DNA from: the human T2T-CHM13v2.0 reference genome, Homo sapiens
Length of the DNA stretch: 64,000 nt
Assembly (NCBI RefSeq): GCF_009914755.1
Contig: NC_060947.1
Strand: one strand, 5' to 3'
Within the stretch, counting starts at the first letter, position 1; every line of letters starts with the position of its first letter. The translations under genes were made by a program, and so were the position numbers. The notes beneath the pieces were generated by a model, which saw only the letters and a list, made by a program, of their open reading frames with translations, was not told where the DNA came from and did no database searches. Of this stretch, positions 1 to 18,391 are shown one piece after another.

Positions 1-529
1 CATGACTCAGTTTCCCTTGTTCCCCCTGTCTTCTCTCCCTACAACTCTGCCTGATGATTTCTGTGTGCTCATCTCATAAAGACAGGTCTTTCTGGAGAAC
101 CCTCTCCTCCCACTGCAAAGGGAGGAAAGCTGCTTCAGAGTGGATAGTGAGTGTGTGGGGGGGCGTTCAGTCCAGCTGGCCCCTCCCACCCTCCTTCGCA
201 AGGCATTCCTTCCCCATCACTGTTCCTCACCATCGCCAACAACAGAACAATCCTTTCTCTTGACGGCCTTGGAAGGTCATGAGTGAAGGCTAACTGAGGG
301 CAAACTGAGATAGCAGGAGTCCAGGTCAAGATCCCTGTCTTGAGATAAAGTCTGAGATCCTTAGGCTGGCATTCAGGGTCTCATCCCTGCCTCCTGAGCA
401 TCCCTCATCAGGCAACATCAAATTGCTTCCAGCATGCTCCAAACACACTACCCTCTGGGACCCCCCAAGCCTTTGTACAGGCTGTTTCACTCACCTAGTC
501 ACCTTTTTAAATGGAATTAAGAGGTATAT

Positions 530-732
530 GGTACTGATTATGTCTTGACACTGTTCCGAACACTTCACAGATATTACCTCATTTATCCTCACAACCCTAT
601 TGTAAGCACTATTATCACCCCATTTAACAGATAAGGAACTTGAGGCACAAGGAGGGTAAGAGGCATGGATTCAAACCCAAGCAGTCTGGTGCCCGAGTCA
701 GTGCTCTTAGCCACTGCACTATGCTGCCTCTT
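530..732 (-). mobile_element. MIR SINE fragment
   Basis: MIR core-like text 'cccattttaacagataaggaacttgaggcaca...ggattcaaacccaagcagtctgg'; boundaries approximate. Confidence 0.6.
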
Positions 733-936
733 AAACTTCCGACTCACTTCCACTTCTTCCACACTGACCTTGGGTGTCAACACTTCTCCCCACCCCGCCC
801 CTGACATTTTTGGGCTCCCACAGCTCTCAGTTCCCACCTTCACTTCACACTGTAATGAAACAATCTGATTGCCTCTTTTACTTTTTCATTTTTAAAAACT
901 TTGTATTGAAGTAGTATAACACATAAAGTACTCATT

Positions 937-1032
937 TTCTCTCTCCTGCCACCATGTGAAGAAGGTCCTTGCTTCCCCTTCATCTTCCACCACGCTTGTA
1001 AGTTTCCTGAGGCCTCCCAGCCACGCAGAACT
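937..1032 (+). mobile_element. THE1/MST (MaLR) LTR fragment
   Basis: 'ctctctcctgccaccatgtgaagaaggtccttgcttcccc...gtaagtttcctgaggcctcccagcc' is characteristic MaLR LTR sequence. Confidence 0.7.
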
Positions 1033-1034
1033 TT

Positions 1035-1791
1035 ACAGGGCTTTGACACTTGGGTACACGTATCTCATCTAAAGAAGGCACTGACTTCTGCCAGTATCTG
1101 ACACCAAGCTCAAGCTAACCAAAGCCTCATCTTTAGGCCTGGGCAAAGTTTATATCTTCCAGGTTACAGCAGTTCCATGTAAAGATGATGATCATGCAAG
1201 GATTCCAGCCAATTCTTGTCTCGGAATCGGACTCACCTGCTGATGCACCCTGGGGACCCTTAGACCAGGCATCCAGAGATTTCCAATCCCTGGACAGGCA
1301 AGGCCAGCACCCTTAAATTAGCAAGAAGAAGATACAGATGACTGGCCTCCTCCCTCATCAACCCTTAAGAATAAGGGATGGAAATCTCTGAAGGGTGAAT
1401 GAATTAGGAAGAGCACTGGGTGGTTACAGGAGGATGAAAAAACTCAAACAACAGCTAAAACAAGAACTAGGCAAAGAAACAATGGGATAACAGAAAATCT
1501 GAAATAAGGGGGAGAAAATGGCCAGAATCCCAGCCAGGGTGACATGTCCATGACTCTTCTGGGAAAACCCAAATAAGGGAGAAAAGGGGTGGTAACCAGA
1601 GTGGGGGAGCTGAAATCCCCTCCTTTTCTAGAACATCTAATGATTATTCCACCCCCTAATTAAAGAAACACCCATAAAATTAGAAACCCAAACTCCCTTC
1701 TGTGCAACTCGTTCTCACAAACACGCCCGCACTTCTCTCTCTTAAGTGTTTACTTTTGCCTTGCAATAAAAGCTTCTTGCCTTTCCCTTCA
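1035..1791 (+). mobile_element. ERV1-class (MER41/MER4-like) LTR with adjacent internal 3' remnant
   Basis: Purine-rich stretch, then TG start at 1400, AATAAA at 1765 and a CA end near 1791; family assignment by resemblance only. Confidence 0.45.
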
Positions 1792-1816
1792 AAAGAGAAG
1801 AGAAAAGTACTTGAAG

Positions 1817-3945
<2,129 letters not shown>

Positions 3946-4859
3946 CAAAACATTTTCTAATTTTCCATGGATTTTTCTCCCTCCCCAAAGCATGTGGGCA
4001 TAAAAATGACCACCGGAGGGCCTTGTCAAAAGGCAGGTTTTGAAGCCCCATCTGAAAACCTCCTAGATTAGTATTTCTGGGAGGTAGGCTTGGGTATCTA
4101 CACTTTACAAGTTCTCCAGGGGATTCAGATGCAAGTGGGTTCCAGGTCCACAGTCTGGTAGCAGAGCCTGCATTTCCTAAGGGCAGAGAGCATAGGTCTG
4201 AGTCACCCGGTACTGTTAGTGCCCAGCACTGGGCCTAACATAAAACCATTTGTCATAAATGAAGGAACCAATGGATGAAGGAAGAAAGGAAATAAAACAC
4301 AATTTCTTATATCAAGATAATTTGAATTCTTGAATGCTGTAACTTAGGGGAACCACTGAAGCATCATTTGGTCCCAATTTAATCATATTTGAAACAAATA
4401 TTTTTTTCCTTGTCTTCATATCTCTGCCTACCAAGCGTTCTCCTCACCTCTCCTATTCTGTTGTCCTGGGACATGGCTTTAAGTATGGGTTCTGCCTGTC
4501 TGCTGGCCCCGAGAAAGTGGGGATGGCACAGGAGATATCCTGAGAGGGGCTGTTCAGAGTTGGGCAGCGCTCCTTTCCCACCCCAACCCCCCAGCCAACC
4601 TCCAGGCCTTGCAGGGAAAATGCCCATAGAACCCCATTCTAAATCAGTTTATGAATCCCACCTCTCCGGGCCCTAAGCATGCCTCCCAGCCCAAAGCTTT
4701 TGAGAAACTTTCGCCGGACCTTTGTCCCGACCCAGATCCTAGCGTCCTCTATGCCCTGCCTCCTCTGCACTTGTAGCCCATGTGAGTTGCTCTCTCAGCA
4801 GCCTCTTGGCCATCTCTCCCCACCTCCACTCATGCCTCTCTCGAGCATCTCAGAAAGGC

Positions 4860-5700
4860 CCGAGCCTGACTTCCCCAGCCAGCTATTGTCCTGGCAGCAC
4901 AGCCGCCACGCCAGCGTCCCCACCCAGTCAGCCAGCCGGCTGCTCCCTGGCCTCGCCAGCACCCCCCGCCCCCCCCCCCCCGCTCCCCGCCCCGCCCCAG
5001 GGAGGACCAGGCTGGCAGCTGGGAGTCTCCCTGCCTGCTCAGCCTTCCTCCTTCCCTCCCTCTCCCTCCCTGCCTCCCTCCTCCTCCGCCCGCCCCTGAG
5101 GCAGGGACCGTGCAAATCGAGGAGAGGGGGGACGGACAGGCCTGATGGGGTCCAGCTTAGGGCCCCGGACTCCCCACTGATGCTCTATCCAGGCTGGGTG
5201 TCCCCAGCATCGTGGGACCTGGATTTGTGTGCACCGGGGTGGTTCCCAGGCCAGGAGGGTCCCTCTGGCAGGCCCTTGGTGCCCTCGTTTTGCATGAGGA
5301 CCCCCCTCGGATGCTCTGAGCCACCCTCCTCAACCCGGATCTAAAACCCGGGACACGGCTATCAGGCCAGCCTCTCTCTCCACCCCACCCCCTCTTTCTG
5401 GCGTCCATCCCCTCCCCAACACCACCTCTGCTGCTGCCTCTGGCTGTGGACCTGCACCTCTTCCCCATCCCCGCCAGGCCCGGGGAGCGGGGTGAGCCTG
5501 GATGAGAGCCCCCCCAACCTGGGGCTCTCCCAGGCCATGGCCCGTGTGCTCCCAGGGAGGAGCCCCGGACCCTGAGCATCTGCTGGAGGCTTGGCAGAGG
5601 CCCCGCGGGGACCGTGTCTTCTGAGGACAAAAGGCGGCGGCCAGCAGGCAGACGGAGGGGGGGGGTGGGGGGTGGGGGGGGTAGGGGGACCGGCAGCCAG
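4860..5700 (+). promoter_or_regulatory. GPR173: GC/CpG-rich promoter and 5' region of GPR173
   Basis: Raised CpG density, GC boxes (ccgccccgcccc ~4987), long C tract 4962-4998 and G tracts 5657-5688, upstream of a strong splice donor. Confidence 0.7.
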
Positions 5701-6082
5701 GCAGGCAGACGGGTAGCAGGGGCCAGCACTGGCCCCCCTCCCAGCTTGGCAGTGGCATGAAGATGGGAGTGGGAGTGTATAGTGGAGGAAGCACCTGCCG
5801 GGACCCCCACCTGCCAGCTAGTTGGACACCCCAAGGCTGTGTGCTGCCCACCTGGTGTTCCCCAACACCCCCAGCCCTACCCAGTGCACCCCTCCGGTGC
5901 CTGCTTTCCCTGATGCCTGCGATTTAGACCAGCCCGGCTGTATCCACGGCAACAGAAGCAGGAGTGTCACTGGCCGCCAGATCACTGAGGGTCCCACAAT
6001 GTGGCCCGGGCTGTGATTTACCTGGGTGAGACAGCTTGAGCCCCATCGTGGATTCCAAGACATCCCTGCTGAGAGAGCCAAG
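5100..6082 (+). other. GPR173: GPR173 non-coding exon 1 (5' UTR); start approximate, 3' end at donor AG|GTAAGC
   Basis: Consensus donor caag|gtaagc at 6082/6083 downstream of the CpG-rich promoter; pairs with the acceptor at 34760/34761. The TSS cannot be fixed from sequence. Confidence 0.65.
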
Positions 6083-6531
6083 GTAAGCAGTCAGCATCCC
6101 TCCACCAAGGATGGGGGGCTGGGACTTCTGTTCTGTCTCCCCACACATACTTCAGAGTCTCCATCACTGCCATGCTCTCTGTCTCTGTCTGACTCTGTTA
6201 GTCTCTTTCTGCTCCATCAAGGGGCTCCTTGGTACCCAAGCCTGGGGACTCCTCATCTTCCCCCCATCTTCCCCAATCCCAAATGTCCCATGAGAAAGGG
6301 AACCACCACCTGTTTCCCCTCACAGGGTCTGTTTTTATCATCATGGTTGCGTTTGGGCATGAGGCTGTGTTAATCTTTCCTTGTGTGCTGGCTGTGGAAG
6401 GGATGCCTGGGAGCCCGGCGGCCGTGTTCCCTTCACAATGCCTGCACCCTGGGCAGGCTCAGCCTCTTGCGGCTGCTCCTCTCCCTCTCCCTCCTCCTCC
6501 ACTCTCCTCCAGGATCCCTGGCCTGCTGGCC

Positions 6532-6533
<2 letters not shown>

Positions 6534-6574
<41 letters not shown>
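6534..6574 (+). repeat. (TG)n microsatellite
   Basis: Perfect run of about 20 TG units. Confidence 0.95.
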
Positions 6575-6575
<1 letters not shown>

Positions 6576-9197
6576 ACCTGGGTAGCAAGCAGGTGGGTAG
6601 ACATGACAGAGAAGCTGCTCCCAGCCCAGACCATCCCCCACTCCTTCTTTCCTCCTTTCCTTCCTTCCTTCCTTCCACCCTCCCCACCTCCCCATCTCTC
6701 CCTACAGGTAGCAGAGTTTTGCTCACTCACCACTGAAGATGTTGCCGATTCCCAGCTAGGGGGAGGAAGTCACTGTAGGGCTAAAGGACAGTGAAGTGGT
6801 GGTGGGGAGCACTTCCAGGCCCTAGGCTGCCTGATGGTTCTGTGGGGGCAAAGACCAATCCCATGACAACCTGCAGGGGCCAGGAACAACATGGTTGTCC
6901 CTACAGTGTGGGACCCAGCCTCCACCACAAGGCTCTCTGTCTCTGTTTCAGATGTCCATGTTGTGTCTGAGACCCCCCGGATCTTGTGGCCTTGTGCCCA
7001 GTAGCCGGAGGTCCATATATCTGGAAGGGCAGGAAAGCCTGGTACATGGAGAACATGGATCCTCCCAGGGACACTTCCCCCAACTACTAGCTCTGCAACT
7101 TTAGTGGAAGCATGCCACTTACCGAACCTCAGTTTTCCCATCTGTCAAAGAGACTGGTAACCCTTCCCTGATGGGTGTGTGTAGGGATTGAATGAGTTGG
7201 TGCATGTAAGTAAGAGATGTGCATCGAGGTGGCACTGAAGCAATGTCAGCAAAGCTCACAGTCAATATTGTTGCTGATTATTCATGATTAATAGTGTTAT
7301 CGATTACTTGGAGGAGGGACAGGTCCTTCTTCTCCAGGGTCTCAGCAGAGATCTGGGGAGGGCAGCAAGTGGGCAAATGGAGGGTAGTGGAAGGGAGGCA
7401 GGAGAAGCCCTGTGTTAATACTTCTCATTTGTAGAGAATGATAAGTGGTTATGGGCAGAGCCTCCCTCCCCCACCCCACTCCAGTCTTCTTTCCCTGCAC
7501 TTGTCCCTGTTTGTGCGCACACACACACACAGAACCTTGAGCCCCCATGAGCCAGCAGAGGCCTGGCTTGCAGCCTGCAGCCTTTCTGGCCCTGGTGATG
7601 TATGTGTCTCCCTGTTGAGGGGAGACTTGGCAAGAGTTTGGCCTGTGGTCAGTGGTTGGCAGGGCCTGGAGATGAGGCTGAAGCTCCTGAGATCACGGGG
7701 CTTCGGGTAGAGCTGGGGTGTGGCCCATGCAGCAGCCAGACCTGTGAGGGACGCGTCCCAGGGAGCTGCTCACCTAGAGCCTGGGGTGGGGGAAGAACGG
7801 GGTCTGCTGGCTGATTTCAGGGCATGGAGATGTGATGGGACACAGAGTGTGGGGTCGGTGGCCAAGGGAAGAGGAGGAATGGGGAAAGACTGAGGCCCAG
7901 AAGACCATCTCTGTGGGGGCAGGGAGGGGGGCTTTGAGGCATAAAGTAGACTTTTCTGAAGAAGCATTTGGTGTGGGAGAGGACCTGGTCTGTGGTCTGG
8001 AGGCCTCTGGGCCCGAGCGTGGTTGTATATATGCTACTGAAAATGTGTGGCTGAGTGTGTAGTCTGTGTGTGCATGTCTGTTCATGGGCAGTGTGGCTGT
8101 GTATGAACCTGTGTGTGTAAGCAGGCCGTGTGATGGCATGTGTGTGAGTGTGTGGGTATCTGGGTAGGCTTGTGTGTGTACTGTGGGGTGGGCATGACTT
8201 TGCATGTCTGTCTGGGTGATCAAATGGACATGTTTGATTTTGAGCCTGAGTGTGGGTGTGTTTTCTCTGAGCCATCAGGCCTGTTGAATGTCTAGTTGTA
8301 TATGTGTGTGGCATCAGTTTTTCTTTGAGTGTACGTGTCTGGTTGTATGTGTATGAGTGTGTGGGTTTCAGAATGCCTGGGTGTGCATGCCCAATTAGAT
8401 GAATGCCTAGTTGTATCTGCTTGTGCATATTGGTGTGTGCTCATGAGTGTAGGTGCATCTAAAGGGTGTGCTTGTGAGTGTTAAGGGCATATATGTGCAT
8501 GTCCATGCATGTATGAGAGGGTGTATATGTGTGTGTGTATATATGAGTGTATCTGTCCTGCATTTGTGTAAGCAGGCTTTTGACTTTCTGTGAATGTCTG
8601 TATGTGGGTTCTCCAGCATTTTAAATTATATAGATGTCCGTGTGTGCATGTTCCAGTGTATATCACCTGTAGACAAACCTTTATGTCCACATCCGATTAG
8701 AGAAATGTTAATATAGGTGGGCACACTAATATAAGGAGAACTAATTTTATGGGTAGGGGAGAGTGTGTGAATGAAAATCTATTTTGTGGGTATGCCTACA
8801 TGTGCACATTTGATTATGTATGTGAGTATGGCTGTGTGTGGGGGTGTATGCCTGTCTGCACACAAAAACACACACACACGCAAAATGCTGTGTGCATAGG
8901 TGAAATGATGCATTGTCTATATGTCTAATTGTGTTTGTGTGTACACTGTTATGTGTGAGTACATGTCTGTGGCGTGCATGAGTAGGTACTTGGGTGTGCA
9001 TGTCTCATTATGTGTTTTGTCTGAATTTCTGAGTATGTGAGTGTGAATGTGTATTTGAATATGCCTGTGATTGTGAGTGTATATGTGGGTGTATATGCTA
9101 GTAGGTGTGAACATCTGGCTGTGTGTGTTTCATTGAACATGTCTGTATATGCCTGCCTGTCCATACACATATGTCCACACACATCTGTCCACACACA

Positions 9198-9234
<37 letters not shown>

Positions 9235-10693
9235 ATGCCTGTGTGTATGCCTGTACATTCAGACAGGCATACACAGAGGTATATTCATATGTGTGAATGT
9301 GCCAGTTTGTACAGTTCTAATTATTTGCATGTATGTGTTTGTGTTTATGCATCTTTGTTCTGGAGCATATGTTGTAGAACACAATGTAAGGTAACGTCCA
9401 TGCATGTCACTCTCAGCCTACAAGTGTGTTTAAGTGTGTGTGTGTGAGGATGTGTGTGAGGATGTGTGTGTGTCTGTGATGAGTGTGGATCAGTCCTTCT
9501 TGTATGGATGTACAGTTGTGTGCATGTGAGTGTACTTCCATGTGTACATGTGTGTGAATATACCTTTGTGTCCAAGTCCATCTGTGAGAATGTAGGTGTA
9601 AATGATTCCTCTTTATTGTGTAGCTTCTCATATGGGTGTATGAACTTGTAGGAATGTACATGGTGTACATATCTGGCTGTGATAGTGTGGGCATGTTTTG
9701 TGAGTACATTTGTATTTCCATGTCTGAGTGTAAGCATATGGGAATGAATTAATGAACAAGTCTATGTGCATGTGAACATGCCCAGTTGTGTGTACAAGTC
9801 TGTGTTAGGAATGTCTGCATATCTATACTTCATGTCATTTACAAGCATGTGCATATCTAGGTGTTTATGTGTGTGAGTGTGTAAATATATGTGGTCATGT
9901 CTGGGTGTGTGTGTGCACACATTTGGGAGCTTCCCTGTCTGTGTCCATGTTTGTTCATCATCTCCTTGGGTGTGATACAAAGTCTGTCTGTCTGTGGACA
10001 TGTGAAGGTATGCCTGTATGTACCCCTGTGTTTGTGAGTGAATGTACGTCATTCATGGGCATTATGTCATGTGAATGTATGTCACGCATGCGTGCCTATG
10101 TTTAAGAGTAAATGGATGTACACGTATGACTAAGTACAGTGTGAGTGTGTCCATGTGTAAGGATGAGTGTAGGTATTTGTGCATGTGTCTGTCAGTCGAT
10201 GTGAGAGAGAGATACTTGGCCTTGGGCCTGTGCGGATTGGGCCTTATTGACAAGGGGATGGAAAGGGAGAATACTTACAAGTCTGTGTACCTCAGTATGT
10301 ATTTGTGTGTATGACTGAGAGTCAGTGGTGCCCTGCGAGACTATGTCTGTCTGTAAGTGTGTAGACATCCTGCAGATTGGCAAACTATGACACCTGATGC
10401 CTGTGACCCCCATTCTGGGGCTTCTCTGGCCTTGACCATGTACTGGGCTTTTGTGGGGGTCTCAGGATAATTCCTGTCATTATTCACACTCAAGAAGTGG
10501 GCACCAATCATGGCTGATGTCCTACTGGGGAAAAGAGGCCTATTTAGAAAAAGATTCCTTGAAACACAAAGACCTCCCTTCTCATCCCCCCAACCATCAA
10601 AGGCCCAGAGTAGAGTGGCATTGTATGATATCTAGGGTTGGTAAATAGTTTTCACTGAGAGGACCCAAATTATGCCATCCAGGCAGAAATCTA

Positions 10694-11472
<779 letters not shown>

Positions 11473-13692
11473 TTATATGTGGATGATATGTCAGTAGGTG
11501 AGAGCACAAGTGTATCTAGGCAATGGAAGTGTGTGATAGGGTGTATTGTGATGGTGTGCATGAGAAAGAGAATTTGGGCACATCTGGGTGAGGGTGGGGG
11601 TGTATATAATTGGGGGTGTCTATGGAGTGTGTGTATGGGTGGTGTGTGTGAGACAGTATGGATGTATCTGCATTGTGTGTGTGCAGTGTGAGTAGATCTG
11701 GCTGATGGTGATTAAGAGAGAATTGGGGGTCGAGATTGTGTTTGTGTGTGAGAGTGGGGGTGTTTCTGAGTGTGGTAGGGGTGTGAGCACGCATGTCTCC
11801 TGTGGGAAGAGCATGTATGTGTATCTGGATGAGGTGTGAGAGTTTGGGTTTAACTGGGTTGGAGGAGAGTGTGGATGTATCCAGATGGTGTGTGAAAGAG
11901 AAAGTGTGTAGGTACGTTTGGGCTGTGTGTGAGACAGTGTGTGGATGTATTGGGGGTGGAGTGGGTTTGAATGTGGGTGTATCTGGATGGTAGGTGAGTG
12001 AGAGCACGGATATATTTGGGTGATGGAGTGTGTAGTAAGGTATGTCTGGATGGCGTGTGGTGAGAGCTTTGGTTGTATCTGGGTGGAGAGTGCAGGCGTA
12101 TACGTACTTGGGTGTGGATGTGAATGTGTATAACTGGATGGGTTGTGTAAAAGAGAGTTGGGGGCACAGCTGAGTGGGAAGTGTGTGTATGGAGTGTGGG
12201 TGCTTGTGGGTGGTGTGGAGGAGATGAGAGCATGGGTGGATCTGGGGAGTGGGGCGTGTGCAGAGGTGCACTGGATGGCATGTGTGAGAGTTGGATATGT
12301 CCAGGTGGGTTGTGTGTGGATGTAGTTATACCTGGGTGGTGCATGTGGCTTTGAGTGGATCTCCATGGTCTATATGGGATGAATCTGGATGATGATATAT
12401 GAGAGGGTGGATGTGTCTGCATGGGGCTGTGAGAGTGGGGCTGTATTTGGAGTGTGCGTGTGCTGTAAGAGTGGGGCTGTATTTGGAGTGTGTGTGTGTG
12501 TGTGTGTGTGTGTATGGGTATGAGAATGATGTGTGTGTCTGTGTGTGTGGATGTATTTGGCTTGGGAATTTGTGAGTGTGAGTAATTGGATGGGGTGTGG
12601 GTAAGTGTAGTGCCTTTGGAAGGTATGTGTGTCATTGTGGGTGTGTCTTAATACTGTGTGTGAGAGAGAGAGAGATTGTAGGTGTGCCTGGTTCAGGTAT
12701 GAGGGCTCTGAGTTGGGGTGGGGTACAAGTTTGAATGTATCTGTGTGATGTTTGTGAGAGTGTGGGTGTACTGAATTGGGAGTTTGCATAAGTGTGGAGG
12801 GCCTGTGCGTGTAAGTGCATTTGAGATGCGTGTATATGAGAACGGGAGTATTTAGATGGGATTTGTGTGAGAGGGTGTGGGTGTATCAGTGTTGGGTATA
12901 TGTATGAAAGTAGGTGTATTTGAGGAGAATGTGGGCACATCTGAGTTGGAGTATGTGAGAGCGTGGGGTATATCTAAGACCGCGAAGACCTATAGGATGT
13001 GAGCAGGGCTCAGCCTATGTCTGAACGTCTACATGGCTATGAATCAGGATGTGTATATCTAAATAGGATGTGTCATCTCTGGGTGGTGTGAGAGTGTGTG
13101 GGTGTGTGTGTGAGTGTGAGTGAATCTGGGGGGTGTGCATGTGGCTGCATCCGGCCACATGTGTGAGTATGTGGCCAGCATGTGAGTATGAGGATAGCAT
13201 GTGTGAGTATTTGGGTGAGGAATATATCTGAGAATGTGAGTGTATCTGTGTGTGAGTGTGTAGGTGGTATATCTGGAGGTTTTGTGTGTTCAATAATGTG
13301 GTTTTTTCTGGGTAGGGTGTGTGATTGTGGGCATGTGTATGAATGTGTATATATTTCCCGGGGCATATATATCTCTGCTGGAATGTCTGTAAATGTGAAC
13401 GTGTCCATGTTTGTTTATGTATGTGACTAGGTGCGTGTGGCCATTTATACCTTAGTGTATCAGCTGGATTGGGTGTGCACATACTTGTGCTAAAGTGGTA
13501 TGTATCTGTACTTGTGCATGAGGTGAGTGTATTTCTACATGTAAGTTGGATCTGCAAGGTCTCTGGAGGCAGCCTTTGTGTTCGAATCCTAGTTCTGCCA
13601 TTTATTAGCTGTATGGCTTTGGGCAAGTCACCTAAGCTCAACAAAGCCCCATTGTCTTATCTGTAAAAGTGGGAGTACTATTACCTATCTCA

Positions 13693-14427
<735 letters not shown>

Positions 14428-15018
14428 TCAAACAGTGCCTGGCATGTAATGAGTCCTCTGCACCATATAAGCCATTACGTACTACCATAATTATTAGCCA
14501 TGCCAGTGTGTAATAGTATGTGTCCATCTGCAAGTGTGAATGGGGTTTCTATGTGCATATTTGCCCTGTTATCTGTATCTATACGTCTGTGTGACAGAAT
14601 GAGCATATCCTATGTGTATCTATGTTTGTACATGAAAGTGGGTTTGTACTTCTGTGTATCCCAGTGTGCATATAAAACCACGAGCATGTGAGAAAGGAAG
14701 CATGTGTCCCGGGCGTGAATGGAGGGGGTTGGCCCCGTGTGTATATTTACCAGTGCACACACATCTGGGTGTATGAGTGCACATGCCTGTATCTGTGGTA
14801 GTGTAATGTCTGTGAGTGTGGGTGTGACCTGCACTGCTGGTGTGTCTGCACATGTGAGCATGCTTCTATCTGGGTGTGTGCATGCCAGTGTATTTTTATC
14901 TGCCTATGTAAACAGGTTTGTAGGGGTCAATATGTAAACGTATGTATGTGAATCTCTGTTGTGAGAGCCTATAAATGTCAAAAGGTTGGTATCCAGGTTT
15001 ATATGCGATGATCCAGGT

Positions 15019-15062
<44 letters not shown>

Positions 15063-15566
15063 AAAGGGCTAGTGTGCATCTGAGGGTCTCTCTGTATTTA
15101 TAAACCTCAGTGGCTATGTGGGTGTGTATGATTGAGTCTGCATTGCTCTACATGCCTGCTTGCCTTTGTGTGTGTGTAGCAGTGAGGCTGAGCCATGTGC
15201 TTGTATGCGTGAGCAGGTCTGTACTATGTGTATATGGATGTGTTCCAGGGCAGATTTGTGAGAGTGGCTTTGTATAATAATAGAGTGGGTTTTAATCTCT
15301 TAGTGTAAGAACCAGTGGGGTGGGGCACGGGAGGGCCTGGATCTATATAGGATGTGAGCAGGACTTGACCTATGTCTTCTTATGTCTGCGCATGTAACAC
15401 TGTATCTGTAAGTGTGTAGGTTCATGTAGTTTGGTTCATATGTATGTATGTATGTAAGTGCCTATGTAAATGGCGAACGCATTTCGCCTAGACCTGTATT
15501 CCTTTTTTTTTTTTTCGTAGAAGAAAGACTATTAAGAAGGCTTTGAAGTTAAAAAATAAAACTCTA

Positions 15567-17223
<1,657 letters not shown>

Positions 17224-17320
17224 TTAATTATTAACAAAAAGTTAGAAATTTCTTGTTGGGGCACCCCTACAGCCCTTCACCCCTGCCCCGCGCCCCTTAC
17301 CCGTCTCTGGTTGTGCATAG

Positions 17321-17634
17321 CTGATGTACAAAATGGTATACGGTTAGCCTCAAAAAGGGAGTAAAAATGTCACCATCCTCCTCTGGAAGTGTCTGTACAT
17401 TCTGAGACTGTAGGCCTGTATTTCTATAGAAAGGCAGTTATACAGGCCTGTATTTCTATAGAAAGGCAGTTATACAGGCCTGTATTTCTATAGAAAGGCA
17501 GTTATACAGGCCTGTATTTCTATAGAAAGGCAGTTATACAGGCCTACAGTCTCAGACTGTACAGACACTTCCAGAGGAGGATGGTGACATTTTTACTCCC
17601 TTTTTGAGGCTAACTGTATACCATTTTGTACATC

Positions 17635-17636
<2 letters not shown>
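17321..17636. repeat. 101-bp inverted repeat enclosing four perfect copies of a 32-bp tandem unit
   Basis: Arms 17321-17421 and 17536-17636 are reverse complements with 2 mismatches; unit aggcctgtatttctatagaaaggcagttatac starts at 17412, 17444, 17476 and 17508. Confidence 0.97.
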
Positions 17637-18012
<376 letters not shown>

Positions 18013-18391
18013 TCATTGTGCTTATCGGCTGGTCTGAATGTGAGTGCAAATTTGAATTTCCATGTACACATGTCCCCGTGTGCACATATCTGTCTGTATG
18101 TGCTAGTGTTTCTATGTAATGTGACTAGATGTAAATGTGTTAGGGCATTCACAACCTGGGACACAGAGAAAGTGAAATATTTTATGGCACACTGGAGTAA
18201 ACTGAAGAGGGTTAGGGGTACTAGAGTTGAGTGAAAAGGAATTTCTTACATTTTCCTCATATTATACAATTATGGGAAGAAAATTAAAATGCAGAATTTT
18301 AGGGGAGTTATTAAATATTGAATTTGTGTACAACTTTCAAATGAAATCTTTTCAGTTTTTTATGACACACTTGAGCTCACTTCTAGAAACA

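Noticed and set aside
4679-5851. 221, 225 and 173 aa Pro/Gly-rich ORFs at the GPR173 promoter
   Set aside because: Expected in GC-rich DNA; overlapping on both strands with no recognisable domain
17412-17545. CRISPR-like array of 32-bp palindromic repeats
   Set aside because: Units are head-to-tail with no unique spacers, there are no cas genes, and the context is human intronic DNA; it is a tandem repeat
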